A DNA stretch of 64,000 nucleotides from Octopus vulgaris (GCA_951406725.2 OX597824.1:86614001-86678000), one strand, 5' to 3'. Positions 37,174-52,496 are shown, counted from the stretch's first letter. Notes: generated by a model from the sequence alone, not told the origin. A program made the numbers and translations.

Positions 37174-39063
37174 AATGGTTATTGTACCAAGCAGGTCATG
37201 CTCATCTGGCATGATAGCCTACAACACTCAGTCTCCCATCTACAATACAGCCACATTAGATGCAGGGCAATTTTTGGATATATTTAAAACTATAAAAAAA
37301 TGTATCTTCTACAGCAACAAATATGGTAATTAAGACTAACCTAAGAGTATTGTATCTTACTGATCAGATGAAACAGGTAGGATTGAACCAATACTAAAAT
37401 AGAAAATCAAATAAATACAGGTGTGAATATGTACAAATCATTTATTAAATCAGATATAAGATAAATATTTTAAAATGCCATTTTGTGTTAGATCGTTTTT
37501 CGAGTTGTCATGCAATTTGGAACCAATTACCAGTCTAAGTTAAGTATTCCAATTACTGGTGTAAGTTTAGGTATACACACACACACACACACATACAAAA
37601 ACATATTAACATTTGTATGGATACATGTGTGTATGCGTGCGTATATAAATACGTATATATATATATATATATAAACATTTATCTGGATACATGTTTGTAT
37701 ACATACATATATACACATTTATCTGGATAGATGTGTATATATATAACGATGATATATATATATAATAATAATATTAGGGAGTATGGCTCTAAACTTACAG
37801 GGAAAAATTAGATTTAGGATTAAATCAAATTTCACAGTATAAATATAAATTAAATTATATTAATTATATTTATATTTTTTGTTATTTATGTATTGGTTTA
37901 TGTCTATCACTGTTTGAGTTGCCTAATAGTGGTTTTATCTCTAATTTAATTTATATGTATATATATATATATATAGATATCTTTTACTCTTTTATTTGTC
38001 TCAGTCATTTGACTGTGGCCATGCGGGAGCACTGCCTTTAGATCTATCAAACCCTATGCCAGAATTGTACAATGTATCAAAGCAATAAAGATTTCCTGTT
38101 AGTCAAGGCAAATAATGCCATTTAGAAGTTCAGAGTAAACAATTGGCTGTTTTATAAAATTTGTTGAATTCAAAACTAAATGATTGGATGGATGATAAAA
38201 TGTTTCAAATTATGTTAGATGAGGTTTGTAAACACTAAAATACTGCTACCAGTTCTAAAGGCCTAGTATATCCAAGTACTTAATCTTGTTACAGTCTCAT
38301 CACCGGAATCATGAAAATATAAAATTTAGATTTCAGATTTTGAAGAGTTTAAATTAACCGGGAACCAAGAATGTTGATGTTGGAATTATCTACACCTCAA
38401 TAGTTGGATGATTTTGTATTTATTGGAAAAGATGCAGTTGGACTTGAAAAATCAAACAAACAGTTATTTAGAATTGATATTTCAGAAACAAGGTTATAAA
38501 TATTTGCTTTCGGTGGGTCAACAAATAATAACTGTATGCAGTTCAGATCATCAGACCACTTTAATATCAGAAAGGGTTCAACTGATAAAAAAAACACTAA
38601 ATTATACAGATTCATAGAAACGAAGATTTCAAAGAGACAAAATGTGCTATAAGAGGAAGTACATAACAGATCTATCTATCAAACCCACACTAGTATTTTA
38701 CACTGAATCAAAGCAATAAGGGTTTACTTTGAGTCAAGGCAGACAATGCTATTTAGAAGTTCACAGTTAAATGATTGGATAGTTTATAAAATTTGTTGAA
38801 TTGTGTTAGAATTAGATGGATGAAGTTGAGGCTTTACTGGCAATAGATTACAGCCTGTGTTTCAAGAAGCGGAATTCACTTAAGATGACGGAGGGTAGAG
38901 AAAAAAGGGAAGACAGTATGATGTTGATTTTCAGTAAAGTGACTGGGGTTACCTTAACCCTTTACTATTCACGTTATTCTGTCAATAGTAATGCTTATTT
39001 ATTCACATTGTTTTGAATTAATCCTGCATTATCTTGTAGCTTTGAGATTTTGATGAGGTAACT

Positions 39064-39451
39064 GGATGGAAGCACTCCGTTGGTTACGACGACGAAGGTT
39101 CCGGTTGATCCGAATCAACGGAACAGCCTGCTCGTGAAATTAACGTGTAAGTGGCTGAGCACTCCACAGACACGTGTACCCTTAACGTAGTTCTCGGGGA
39201 TATTCAGCGTGACACAGAGAGTGACAAGGCCGGCCCTTTGAAATACAGGTACAACAGAAACAGGAAGTAAGAGTGAGAGAAAGTTGTGGTGAAAGAGTAC
39301 AGCAGGGATCACCACCATCCCCTGCCGGAGCCTCATGGAGCTTTTTAGGTGTTTTCGCTCATTAAACACTCACAACGCCCGGTCTGGAGATCGAAACCGC
39401 GATCCTATGACCGCGAGTCCGCTGCCCTAACCACTGGGCCATTGCGCCTCC
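39064..39451 (-). mobile_element. tRNA-Arg-head SINE with alternative tail, inserted in a piggyBac-type MITE
   Basis: TSD TGATGAGGTAACT at 39051-39063 and 39452-39464. Confidence 0.88.
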
Positions 39452-40876
39452 TGATGAGGTAACTATTCATTTTTAGAATAATATAGTAGGGCTGGTGTGA
39501 GAGGCCAGATATGGCCAATTTGAACATAAAACAGGGGAGAATACTTTGGCCGGATATAACCAGTTTAAATGCTAAAGGGTTAAAAGATGAAAGACAAAAC
39601 TGACCTCAGCAGAGTTTGAACTCAGAATGTCAGGACAGAGGAAAGACTAAGCATTTCACCCAGCATGCTAATGATTCTGTCAGCTCAATGCAACTAAGAC
39701 ACACACAAACAGTGGTGTACCTCAACCTGCATCATTTCAAGTTACATCTTTTTTGACCTTACATCAATTTTTCTTTTTCTCGTACGAAACTAGGTTGTTG
39801 CCCATCACAACACTGCTGGCAAAAATATTTGTTAATCATGCACGTAACTTCTTCAAAGTGAAAGTCTGTTTTTAAAGTCTGTGCTGTGCTGTGCTGTTTA
39901 TATGTTGTAAAACACAAACACACTCAAACAACCAAAAACAAAACTATATATATATATGTATTGCAATTTTTTAAAACCTGTGTTGTGTTGACAGACTTAT
40001 ACCTAAAATTCCTGTGTTTTTAATCAAAACTAAGTTACTATGGTGGCAACACTACCTATCAATCTATCTTTCTCACACACACACACTCTCTCTCTCTCTC
40101 TTTCACTGAATTTCTATCAACAATAAATTTTTCTCCTCCCCTTCTTCTAGAAATGCATTGTGACATATTTTGCTTTCTCCCATTCTTTCCCTCTCTCTAA
40201 AAGATGTTGTGACAGACAAACAGATGGAGATCCACTTCTCTTTTATAATATAAGATTAGTGGAAAAAGTAAACCTCAACTTCAACCAATTTATGTGACTT
40301 CATATTAGTCTCGGTAAACATATTTTAAAACATAAAAAAAAATTAATAAAAAAGAAAAACATCTAAAAACCAATACTAAAATAGAAAATCAAATAAATAC
40401 AGGTGTGAATATGTACAAATCATTTATTAAATCAGATATAAGATAAATATTTTAAAATGCCATTTTGTGTTAGATCGTTTTTCGAGTTGTCATGCAATTT
40501 GGAACCAATTACCAGTGCATGTTTAGGTATACACACACACATATATATATATATAAAAACATATTAACATTTGTCTGGATACATGGGTGTATGTGTGTGT
40601 ATATAAATATATAAACATTTATCTGGATAGATGTGTGTATATATAACGATGATATATATATATAGAGAGAGAGATCTCTTTTTACTCTTTTACTTGTTTC
40701 AGTCATTTGACTGTGGTCATGCTGGAGCACTGCCTTTAGTCGACCTCAGGACTTATTCTTTGTAAGCCTAGTACTTATTCTATTGGTCTCTTTTGCCGAA
40801 CCGCTAAGTTACGGGGATGTAAACACACCAGCATCAGTTGTCAAGCGATGTTGGGGGAACAAAAACAGACACACAA

Positions 40877-40913
<37 letters not shown>

Positions 40914-41112
40914 CATACATATATACAACGGGCTTCTTTCAGTTTCTGCCTACCAAATCCACTCACGAGGCTTTAGCAGAAGACATTTGCCCAACGTGCC
41001 ACGGAGTGGGACTGAACCTGGAACCATGTGGTTCGTAAGCAAGCTACTTACCACACAGCCACTCCCACATCTATCTATATATATACACACACATTAATCT
41101 GGATACATGTAT

Positions 41113-41143
<31 letters not shown>

Positions 41144-44100
41144 CTGAGAAATGTACCCCAGATAAATGTAAACATAATGTATTATGATATCTTGACATAT
41201 GAGTGAAATCAATTTAAACTTTAACATTTACAGTCAATATTGACTGTAAATATTAAACTAATTCTATCTAATGTATTTATATTTGTTCAATAACTTGTTG
41301 TGATATTTATAGAGGAGGTGGAGGGGTGGAAGCTGAAAAAAGTTGATAGTTACAATATTTCTTTTCATATAATATGCAACTTGTGTATGATGCAAATCTG
41401 TAAGTATGAGCAACGAAATCCAAGGAGAAATACTGTTCATGCACTGTTCCCTCTACATGCAAAGTTATGCATGCACACATGTAAAAACTAGTACAGAAAG
41501 AGATTAATGTATGTACAAGAAATTATTCTTTTTTACTCTAGGCACAAGGCCCAACATTTTGGGGGAGGGGGGGCCAGTCAATTAGATCGACCCCAGTATG
41601 AAACTGGCACTTAATTTATCGACCCCGAAAGGATGAAAGGCAAAGTTGACCTTGGCAGAATTTGAACTCAGAACGTGAAGACAGACAAAATACCGCTAAG
41701 CATTTTGCCTGGCATGCTAATGTTTCTGCCAGCTCACTGCCCTATGTACAAGAAATTATTGTGTGCAGAAAAGGTTAGTCATCTAAAATGAAGTAGTAAT
41801 TAATAATCATACTGATATACATTGAGCATACACTTTTGTCACCGGAAAAAAAATATTAAATAAATAAATAAAATAAACAAAAAATAACAACAAAAAACAA
41901 ACTTATACAGTAACAGATATTTGAAAAATAGACTAATAAAAAAAATTGAAAGAGCATTCTTTTCTACAGTATTATGATGTATGGAAAAAAAAAGGAGTGT
42001 TTAGCCAAATTTATTATAATTGCTGTATAAAATACTTTAAAAATATTCACATATTCCAGAAGAAATTTAAACAAATTTGAAAGTGACCTTTGAACTTCAC
42101 CAGTCTAAGCTGTAAAAGAAGACCACCGGCTGTAAACTGTATATTCTGGAAAATCACATTACCATATTCTTTTTCATCTGTAGTCCTTAATGTTGGATAG
42201 TTCTAAAGAACGACTTGGTTTTTAAATTTAATGCTTCTGAAAATTTAGACATTTGCTTGACTTGTCAAGACAGTTGCTTGATAGGAAGATGTATTTAATA
42301 TTTTTCAATAATTGAATCAAAAAAGCAGGAGCAATACATATTTCTGAAGAAATTTGACAGAAGCAAATAAGCATATTTGGCAAAAAAATGCAACAAAATA
42401 TCCGTTGTAGAAGTTTAAACTATATTTTTTTAATATTTTTAGAATAGTATAGTGATTTTGAATAGAATTGAATTAAACTGAATTTGATTAAAACTTTAGA
42501 ATTCATATTATTATATATGAACAAATGTTCATTACAGGTACAACGCTATCATTCCAATCCCCAATGGTTCAGAACTTCTCATAATCTGCAATAAATTCCA
42601 AGCAGAAACTTCAAATTCTCATGGCTGATGGACTAATTTATCAGGTGACCTCGTTTCACAATACCTTGTACAGCACAGCGTTAATAATTTCATTTCTTGT
42701 ATTTCATTTAATTATTTAAGGAAATTTTAATATTTGTTTAAATTAAAGCGTGACCATACCTGGTTTGGAAAAATCAGTAGTATGGAATGACTTTGTAAGC
42801 AAACGTTTTGGAAAAGCCAATGTTGTACCTGCATTAATTAAAATTTTAAATGTTTCTTCAGCTGAAAACTGAGAAAACTTTCTTTTGAAATTATTTTACG
42901 ATTGCAAATGTAAACCATCCGAACGTGGCTGTTGCCAGCACCATCCCGACTGGCCTCCGTGCCAGTGGCACGTAAAAAGCACCATCTGATCGTGGCTGTT
43001 GCCAGCCTCACCTGGCCTCCATGCCGGTGGCATGTAAAAAGCACCAACCGATCGTGGCCGTTTGCCAGCCTCGTCTGGCACATAAAAAAACACCCACTAC
43101 ACTCACGGAGTGGTTGGCATTAGGAAGGCATCCAGCCGTAGAAACACTGCCAGATCAGACTGGGCCTGGTGCAGCCTTCTGGCTTCCCAGACCCCAGTCG
43201 AACCGTCCAACCCATGCTAGCATGGAAAGCGGACGTTAAACGATGATGATTATAATTTCTACTGTAATTAAAAAAAAATGACAGCAATTGAATTTTAGTC
43301 TTGTTTATTTATTTAGATATGTGACTTAATTAGGCACAGTTTTAAAATATTAAATGTTTCATTGATTTCATGTAAGGAGGTAGAGAGAGAAAAGAAAAAT
43401 CATGTTTCCCTCTAAATTTATTACATACATATCCCGATAATACTTATTTTGTACATTCACATATTTAAGTGAGGATTATAAACAGATTAATAAAGATGTT
43501 AGCTTTCTCTTAAATGATAACAACATCTGCATTATAAAAAAAAAATCTTGAAAAATATACTTATGTGCGTATTGTTAAGATATGAGTACAACATTTATAT
43601 TATTTATAACAATTACGATGCACAAATTTGCTTCAACTTGTACATTCCAGAAAATATAAATCGTATAAAAGATATAAATTACATTTCACAAACTAAACCT
43701 CAAACGATTTATTTATTTTAACCCTTTAGTGTTCGCATTATTCTACCAAGATTAATACTTTTTAATCCACATTGTTTTGAACTAATCATGCATTATCTTG
43801 TAACTATGAAAATTTGATGAGGCAGATGTTAATTTTTAAAACGATATTGTAGGATTGGTGTGAGAGACCAGATCTGGCCAGTTTGAACATAGAACAGGCA
43901 GAATACTTTTGGCCGGATATGGCCAGTTTAAATGCTAAAGGGTTAAATAATGATGAAAATATGTGAATTGAGTTCAGTCAAATAATTAGTTGTTGTAATG
44001 GTAACGAGGGGTGGCAGTAATGGGATTGTTATTGTTACTGATATGATATAATAATTTTTATCATGAATTTATTAACTGACCCAAAGTGAGCTGATCTACT

Positions 44101-44218
44101 CTATTCATGTATGTCGTGTTCATGTATGTATATTGCATTATTTGTAACCATATACTGTTTCTTTCTCTCCCTATCTTTGTATTTACCAACAAATATTGTT
44201 TTATGCTAAGAATATGTA

Positions 44219-44731
44219 CCGTAAATCCTCGAGTATAGTCCACCCTTGAGTATAATATACAGGGGATTTCTAGGAGGGCTGTACCTCTGGAAAATCTACA
44301 CCTTGTGTATAATACGCACCCCTTCTCTAACTTGAGTCAAGGAGGTCTATATAATGTCGTTGGATTGTAAAAATGTATAGGGTAACATCCTTTATTATTA
44401 TTGTATATATAACATAATGCAAACGTGTAGCTTTTTTGTGCATTTTGTTTGCAGAAAATAAAGAAATAACAGTAATAACGTTTAATAAATGTTGCTTACT
44501 GCAAGTTATGGATGATTCTTTTATGACTTCATTGCTTTCAGGCTTAGCTTAAGGTATTTTCACGCCCGACATCACAAAATGCATCTGAATAAACATTGTT
44601 GGACAGCAAATAGAGACTCGGACATTGCTCAGAAAATATTTTTCATTTTTAACCTTGTATATAGTACACACTAGGGATTTTGACCTTTAAATTTTGGGAA
44701 AAAAATGCGGATTATACTCGAGGATTTATGG
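44219..44731 (+). mobile_element. Second copy of the Tc2-like MITE
   Basis: Same TIRs and TA TSD; body closely matches 32641-33137. Confidence 0.88.
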
Positions 44732-45682
44732 TACACTTCCAAGAGGTATAACCTTTAGATTTTCTCAGAAGCTTTTCTAATTTCATTACTTCAATAATTT
44801 AGTGCAAATTAAAACCTTTATATGCTGAAAGCTTTGCTATATCCTTTTTAAAGATATTTTGAAAACATCAAAATGGCTAACTCCTTTTTTTCTCTCTTTG
44901 TCTGTGAGCATTTGCAAATACCTATTTCTTTATTACCCACAAGGGGCTAAACATAGAGGGGACAAACAAGGACAGACATAAGTATTAAGTCGATTACATC
45001 GACCCCAGTGCGTAACTGGCACTTAATTTATCGACCCCGAAAGGATGAAAGGCAAAGTCGACCTCAGCGGAATTTGAACTCACAACGTTGCGCCAGACGA
45101 AATACCGCTAAGCATTTAGCCCAGCGTGCTAACGTTTCTGCCAGCTCGTCGCCTATTTGCAAATACCAATGAATGTTTGCCTTACTTTGAACATGTATCC
45201 CTAAATACTATAGCAACCATTTTACCACAACAGGCATGTTCAGCTGCATAGAGGTACTCACACGAGAATACAGCCAGGCATCTTAACAGAAAACATTCTA
45301 TGTTGGTATCTTAGTAAATATCATTGATATCTGGACAGAAATCATAGAGTCTCAAGTTCTTTTAGGCAGAAACCGATCATCCATCAATGGCTCTGCAAGT
45401 TATCACAATCGTAATTTTGAAAGCTTTTACGAAAAAAATGTATGTAGAAGGTAAGTCGTGAAACACAGGCTGGTTTCAGTCACTCAACTAATTAATTATA
45501 TATTTATATAAGCAAGAAAGAATTAATTAAATTGGTTAACTGATGGATTATATAATAGTTCATGCACGCTTACATTCAAATGTGACATACACATGTATGC
45601 ATGTATATGTATGTATGTATGTATGTATGTGTGTGTGTATGTATGTATGTATGTAACTGTGTTTGTAATATCTATCTTTCTG

Positions 45683-45741
<59 letters not shown>

Positions 45742-46078
45742 GCATGTGTGTGTGTATATATATATACAAACATAGACAATCTAACAGGAGAGTATGTAAG
45801 GCTCATGACATTTCAAAATCTGAACAAGATCATCAAACAGTCTCTCTAAAGGAATCTTATTCTCTACCTTGATCCATTACCATCCATGTGTGTGTGTGTG
45901 TGTAGTAATTGAAATGTACAGTGTTATATATCCATTACAGCCAATCTTACCAATTGGTTTTGCACCAGGTGTTTAATGGAGTCTTAGATAACAGTCCAAT
46001 TATGTAACCCTCCGCTCTTCAGAGATGGCAGTTATGAAATGAGATATATGGCAACTGCTGAGCAGTTGCCATATTTCC

Positions 46079-46112
<34 letters not shown>

Positions 46113-46650
46113 GACAACTCTTTCTCTCTCTATATATATATATATACACACACATACATACATATATAACTACATATATATATACATACATATACATATA
46201 TGTATATAATAATATACATAAATTAAGCTAACTTTTTATAATTTAATCTATCTTCATTAATCAATTTATTTATTTTATAAACATCTTAGTTTAATCTTAT
46301 TCTAATCATGTAATATACACTATATAATCTTGCACTAATTTATACACATTTTACTACTCCAAATTATAACTACAACAATTAGTAACATAAAATAGGGTTT
46401 ATATATATATATATACACATGTTAGCTAAACTTATTATATAAGTAATTTATCTTATGTTTACATTTAATTTTTCGTTCATCTAAGAAATTAATCAATTTT
46501 TATTATTAGTTAATTTTAAGTCAAATTGATTTTATTATTATTATCTATTTGAAAATATAGCCATGAAACGTGCGTAGTCTATTTGCTACTATTTACTATT
46601 TATTGTTTATGTACTTTATTGATTTTTCAGAATAAGGTTTTTATAGTATA

Positions 46651-47043
46651 CTAGCAGTATCGCCCGGCGTTGCTCAGGTTTGTAAGGGAAATAACTATAA
46701 AGCATCTTTAGAGAGTTATAGCCAAAAAATAGCAAAAAAATGGAAAAAAAAATGATGGTAAATTTTTTTTTGAGAGTAAAAAAAGGTTGAGTTGCGTCCC
46801 CTAGACAGTCTGTGGTTTGTTTTTTTTTATTCTCGACCCCATGTCGAATTTATCGATTTTTTTCAGAACTGGGGGAACTTTTCAAAATTTTCGCTGCGTT
46901 AGTTTTGAATTATGACATTGGGCTATGCGTGTGTCAAGTTTCATCAGAATCGGTTGAAAGCCGTGGTCAGGGTGAGGGTACGAGAAAACAGACACACAGA
47001 AACACGCACAGACAAACTGCCGTTTATATATAGAGAGAAGAGA
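46651..47043 (-). mobile_element. Non-autonomous Helitron
   Basis: Minus strand A|TC start and the same 3' end GAGCAACGCCGGGCGATACTGCTAG|T as 17125, but with a different interior. Confidence 0.8.
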
Positions 47044-47112
47044 TTTATCGTTTCTATACGGTGTGAATAATTTCTTTCATTATTGAATTGCTTAATAGGT
47101 TTTTCTCTAAAT

Positions 47113-47325
47113 TATATACATATACATACATATACATGCATACATATACACACATACATACATACATACATATATATAAATACATGCATACATATACATA
47201 CATACATATATATATAAATACATGCATATATATATATATATGCACACATATATATACATACAGATATATACATACATATATATATATATATGCACACATA
47301 TATATACATACAGATATATACATAC

Positions 47326-47378
<53 letters not shown>

Positions 47379-47448
47379 TATATACATATATATATATACA
47401 TACATACATATATACACATATACATACATATATACATATATATATATA

Positions 47449-47500
<52 letters not shown>

Positions 47501-47642
47501 CATATATATATATATATACATACATATATACATATATATATACATACATATATACATATATATATACATACATATATACATATATATATATACATACATA
47601 TATACATATATATATATACATACATATATACATATATATATA

Positions 47643-47674
<32 letters not shown>

Positions 47675-47891
47675 CATACATATATACTACAAAATTAGAG
47701 AATGGAGAAACATACTTAAATCAGTAAAACATCAACTATCCGATGATACATATATATACTTTAATACACCATTACATATGAGTAAAGCATATATATACAT
47801 ATATATATATATATACATACATATATACATATATATATACACACATATATACATATATATATATACACATACATATATACATATATATATA

Positions 47892-47923
<32 letters not shown>

Positions 47924-48121
47924 CATACATATATACATATATATATATACATACATATATACATATATATATATACATACATATATACATATATATATAC
48001 ATATATATATATACATACATACATACATAGACATACAAATATATAAATATATACACATACATATATATACACATATATATATTTACATACACATACATAC
48101 ATACATACATGCATATATATA
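47113..48121. repeat. Two compound (TA/TACA)n tracts separated by about 100 bp of unique sequence
   Basis: Seen directly. Confidence 0.97.
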
Positions 48122-49273
48122 TTCTTACACAGAATGAGCTGAATGTGCACTGATTTTATTTTCCATTGTGATTTCTCATTCACTCTTGATCTCTTTCTGT
48201 AAGTTTGTGATTATTGAAGTTTTATCAATGTAGTTGAGCAAACTCTGTGATCAAAGGCATTCCATCCATGACCTTCCCATCCATCTTTTCTTCAAACATA
48301 GTGTACTAAGACTACATTATTCGATGTGGTTTTCATTTTCTCTTTTTTTTTGTTAAAGATAAGATGGTAGTGTACAACTGGAGGGAGATTTGGTTGTCAT
48401 TTCTAGGAAGCAACAGATAGAGGCTCTCTCGTTGACAAGCGAATGTTCTTTTAGTATTTGCTTGTATGTGTAGTATTATGATATCTATTTTCCTGATGTT
48501 ATGTTTGATACTCTCATGGTTGTGTAGTCACCGATCAGCTCTTCTCACGTAGACCCATGGCACGTAGGCAGCTGCTGGAAATACCTGATTATACCTTAGA
48601 TATAATTACTACACATATTCTGTACATTAAAATACGTCTATTAACAACTATGTTATACTCGCTTTTACTCTTTTACTTGTTTCGGTTATTTGACTGTGGC
48701 CATGCTGGAGCACTGCCTTTAGTTGAGCAAATCGACCCCAGGACTTATTCTTTGTAAGCCTAGTACTTATTCTATCGGTCTCTTTTGCCAAACTGCTAAG
48801 TTATGGGGGGGGGGGGCAAACACACACACACACAGTCAGTGAAGGTAAGATCAACAATATATATGTATATATATATACTCTTTTACTTGTTTTAGTCATT
48901 TGACTGCAGCCATGCTGGAGCACCGCCCTTTAGTCGAGCAAAGTGACCCCAGGACATATTTTTTGTAATAGTACTAATTCTATCAGTCTCTTATGCTGAA
49001 CCGCTAGGTTACGGGACGTAAACACACCAGCATTGGTTGTCAAGCAATGTTGGGGGAACAAACACAGACACACAAACATACATACATACATACATACATA
49101 TACATATATACGATGGGCTTCTTTCAGTTTCCGTCTACCAAATCCACTCACAAGGTTTTGGTCGGCCCGAGGCTATAGTAGAAGACACTTGCCCAAGTTG
49201 CCACGCAGCAGGACTGAACTTGGAACCATGTGGTTCGTCAGCAAGCTACTTACCACACACCCACTCCTGCACC

Positions 49274-49311
<38 letters not shown>

Positions 49312-50657
49312 GCTTCTTTACAGTTTCCAAATCCACTCACAAGGCTTTGGTCAGCCCAAGGTTATAGTAGAAGACACTTGCCCAAGGTGCCACGCAGCAG
49401 GACTGAACCTGGAACCATGTGGTTGGAAGGTTGGGAAGCAAACTTCTTACCACGTAGCCGTGCCTTTGCCTGTGCACACAGCCACGCCAGCATCTATTAT
49501 TTATAGTTTCTCTACTTTGAGTTCCACAGTTAAAAATGAACTCATGTCTCTCGAAGATTCTAAATTCTTACAACGTAAACGACACACATCCCTCATTTAT
49601 AAGAACAAAGCTTTTGTAATGAATAAAGAATTTTGAAGGATTGCTTTGATCCCATGATAGAACATTTGTCACATTTACTGAAGATGTGGGTTCACATCCC
49701 ATGGGTAGCCCTTGACGTTTTTCCCTCCAAGAGGACTTTCAACCCGATAATTTCAACCTAGCAAGTTTTCCAACCCAATATTCTGCATGTTATTATTTAT
49801 AGCTTTATCTACTTCAAGTTCCACAGTTAAAAACAAAATTATATCAATTAATGTTTTGCATCTTCTGGAATGTATCTTTGTGATATGTTTTTAAAAGTTT
49901 CTTTTTATAATCATAGAATTCAGTTGTTGTTTTTTTTTTTTCTTAAACATTTTCATATTTACACAAGAATTTTTTTTAAGAGAGAGATTCTCTTATTTCC
50001 TTTGGAAGTAAAGTAAATATCCACCCCGATTGTAGATGATTTGCAACATGTCCCCGGTTGTGTAAGGGCATTATCGTCTGCCTTAGTTTATTTAACCCTT
50101 TAGTGTTCGTATTATTCTGCCAAAGTTAATCCTTTTTGATCCACATTGTTTTGAACAAATCATGTTTTGAACTAATCTTGTAGCGATGAGATTTTGATGA
50201 GGAAGCTGTTAATTTTTAAAACGATATTGTAGGGTTGGTGTGAGAGACCAGATCCAGCCACTTTGTACATAAAACAGGCAGAATACTTGTGGCCAGATAT
50301 GGCCGGTTTAAATGCTAAAGGGTTAAAGATGACCATGTGGTTGTGGTCAGCAGCAAATATTTGTCTCAAAATGATGCAATTTGTGTTGTCGTTGTTATTT
50401 ATTTAAGTAACGAAAATAATGGTGATGGTGATTTCTAACATCAGCAGAAGGCCACAAATTATGTGGGGAGGGAACCGAAAAAAAAAAAAATGTAGTCAAT
50501 TTAATCATCAATCCCAGTTTCTGAATATCGACCCTGGAAGGAAAGAAGGCAAAATTGATAGTGGTGGGATTTGAACTAAGAATGTAAACAGGTAGAACTA
50601 AATACTAAAAGACATTTTATCACGGTACCCTATTGTTTCTACCTCTCCCCAGTTTTG

Positions 50658-50709
50658 ATTATTATTATTGCTGCTGCTACTACTACTACTACTGCTGCTG
50701 CTGCTGTTG

Positions 50710-50744
<35 letters not shown>

Positions 50745-50855
50745 ACTACCACTGACGCTTTTGTTTTGGCATTTTCATTATCAATTATTACCATCATTAT
50801 TACTACAACTACTATTACTACTGCAGCTACTACTACTACTACTACTATGACTATG
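50658..50855. repeat. Compound trinucleotide tract (ATT/GCT/ACT)n
   Basis: Seen directly. Confidence 0.9.
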
Positions 50856-52199
50856 GCTGGTGGTACATGTATTTTTACATTGTTATGGAGAGGATTGCTT
50901 TGCAAATTTAGTCATTTACATATGAATTGTGGAAGTAATTCCTTTTAAATGGATACTTCTCCTACAACCAGCTGTTCAGCCAACTAATCCGAGTGTTGTA
51001 CCTGTTCTGATTTGAGCAGACTGAGGTAAGCAGAGTACTTGATTTTATCTGAGGACACATATGGTCCACACTGTAAAGTGGTTGGCATTAGGAAGGGCAT
51101 CCAGCTGTAAAAAAACCATTCCAAAGCAGACCGACCTTGCTGGTGCCGGTGCCACATAAAAAGCACTCCGTTCCCTCTGTAACGTGGTTGGAGTTAGGAA
51201 GGGCATTCAGCTGTGGAAACCATACCAAAGCAGACCTTGCCGGTGCTGGTGCCACATAAAAAGCACTCCGTTCCCTCTGTAACATGGTTGGCGTTAGGAA
51301 GGGCATTCAAATGTGGAAGCCATACCAAAAACAGACAGTGGAGCTTGGTGCAGCCTTCTGGCTTGCCTGCTCTCACCAAAACTTCCAACTCATTCTAGCA
51401 TGGAAGACAGACATTAGATGATGATGATGACGACAATGTCGACTACGATGACAACACTATATACTGGTTGTAGCAAGTGAGATATTAAATTCCTGACATT
51501 CTTATTTCTTTATTGCCCTCAAGGAGCTAAACACAGAGGGGACAAACAAGGACAGACCAAGGGATAAAGTCGATTACACTGACCCCAGTGCATAACTGGT
51601 ACTTAATTTATCGACCTCGAAAGGATGAAAGGCAAAGTTGACCTCAGCGGAATTTGAACTCAGAATGTAAAGACAGATGAAATACCGCTAAGCATTTTGC
51701 CCGGCGTGCTAACATTTCTTATTTCTTTATTGCCCTCAAGGGGCTAAACACAGAGGGGACAAACAAGGACAGACAACCGAATTAAGTCGATTACATTGAC
51801 CCCAGTGCATAACTGGTACTTAATTTATCAATCCCAAAAGGATGAAAGGCAAAGTCGATCTCGGCGGAATTTGAACCCAGAACGTAATGGCAGATGAAAT
51901 ACTGCTAGGCATTTTGCTCGCTGTCTTATTCATGACATTCTTAGCCAGACAGTAACTTACAACTTTATCCTCCTGACCATTGTGTATCCCCAAAAGTACC
52001 TTAAGAGAAATAGTAAACCAGGATGATATGAATAAAGAAGAAAGCATTGATGGAAACTTATAAAACATGCTTTGAAAAATAACTCGTTGAACAAGTTGAA
52101 CCAGCAGTAAATGGTGAAAATAGTCATTTCTACAATAGACACAAGGCCTGAAATTTTGGGGGACATGGGGCCGGTCAATTACACTGACCCCAGTACTCA

Positions 52200-52496
52200 T
52201 ATGGGTGAACTGAGCCGTGATGTCCTTCTCCCAACTCCACTTCCCAACTGGCGGAAACGCGCGGGCGGGCAGCTGAAGACCCGGGTTACGACGATCAAGG
52301 AGGATCTCTCCATGCTCATGGGACCACAGGTGGTCGGCCCGCGCCGATGGAACCGTGACCGGCTCGCAATATCTCCAGTGAACTGGCGCAGGACCGTCGT
52401 GCGTGGGCTGCCATGGTTCGAGATGCCTCAAGGGTGGTAGAAGAAGCCGACTCGACCCGCCCAGGGTGAACGTCGCCACAAGTACAAGTACAAGTG
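52200..52496 (+). mobile_element. GC-rich RTE LINE 3' fragment with (CAAGTA)n tail, inserted in a family A SINE
   Basis: LLPTPLPNWRKRAGGQLKTRVTTIKEDL...ELAQDRRAWAAMVRD. TSD CCCCAGT(A/G)CTCA at 52188-52199 and 52497-52508. Confidence 0.85.

Noticed and set aside
45290-45450. Open + strand frame ending at AG|gtaagt
   Set aside because: Weak acceptor, no homology recognised, no neighbouring exons.
50639-50948. Poly-Ala/Thr/Val/Leu ORFs
   Set aside because: Trinucleotide microsatellite without splice or homology support.
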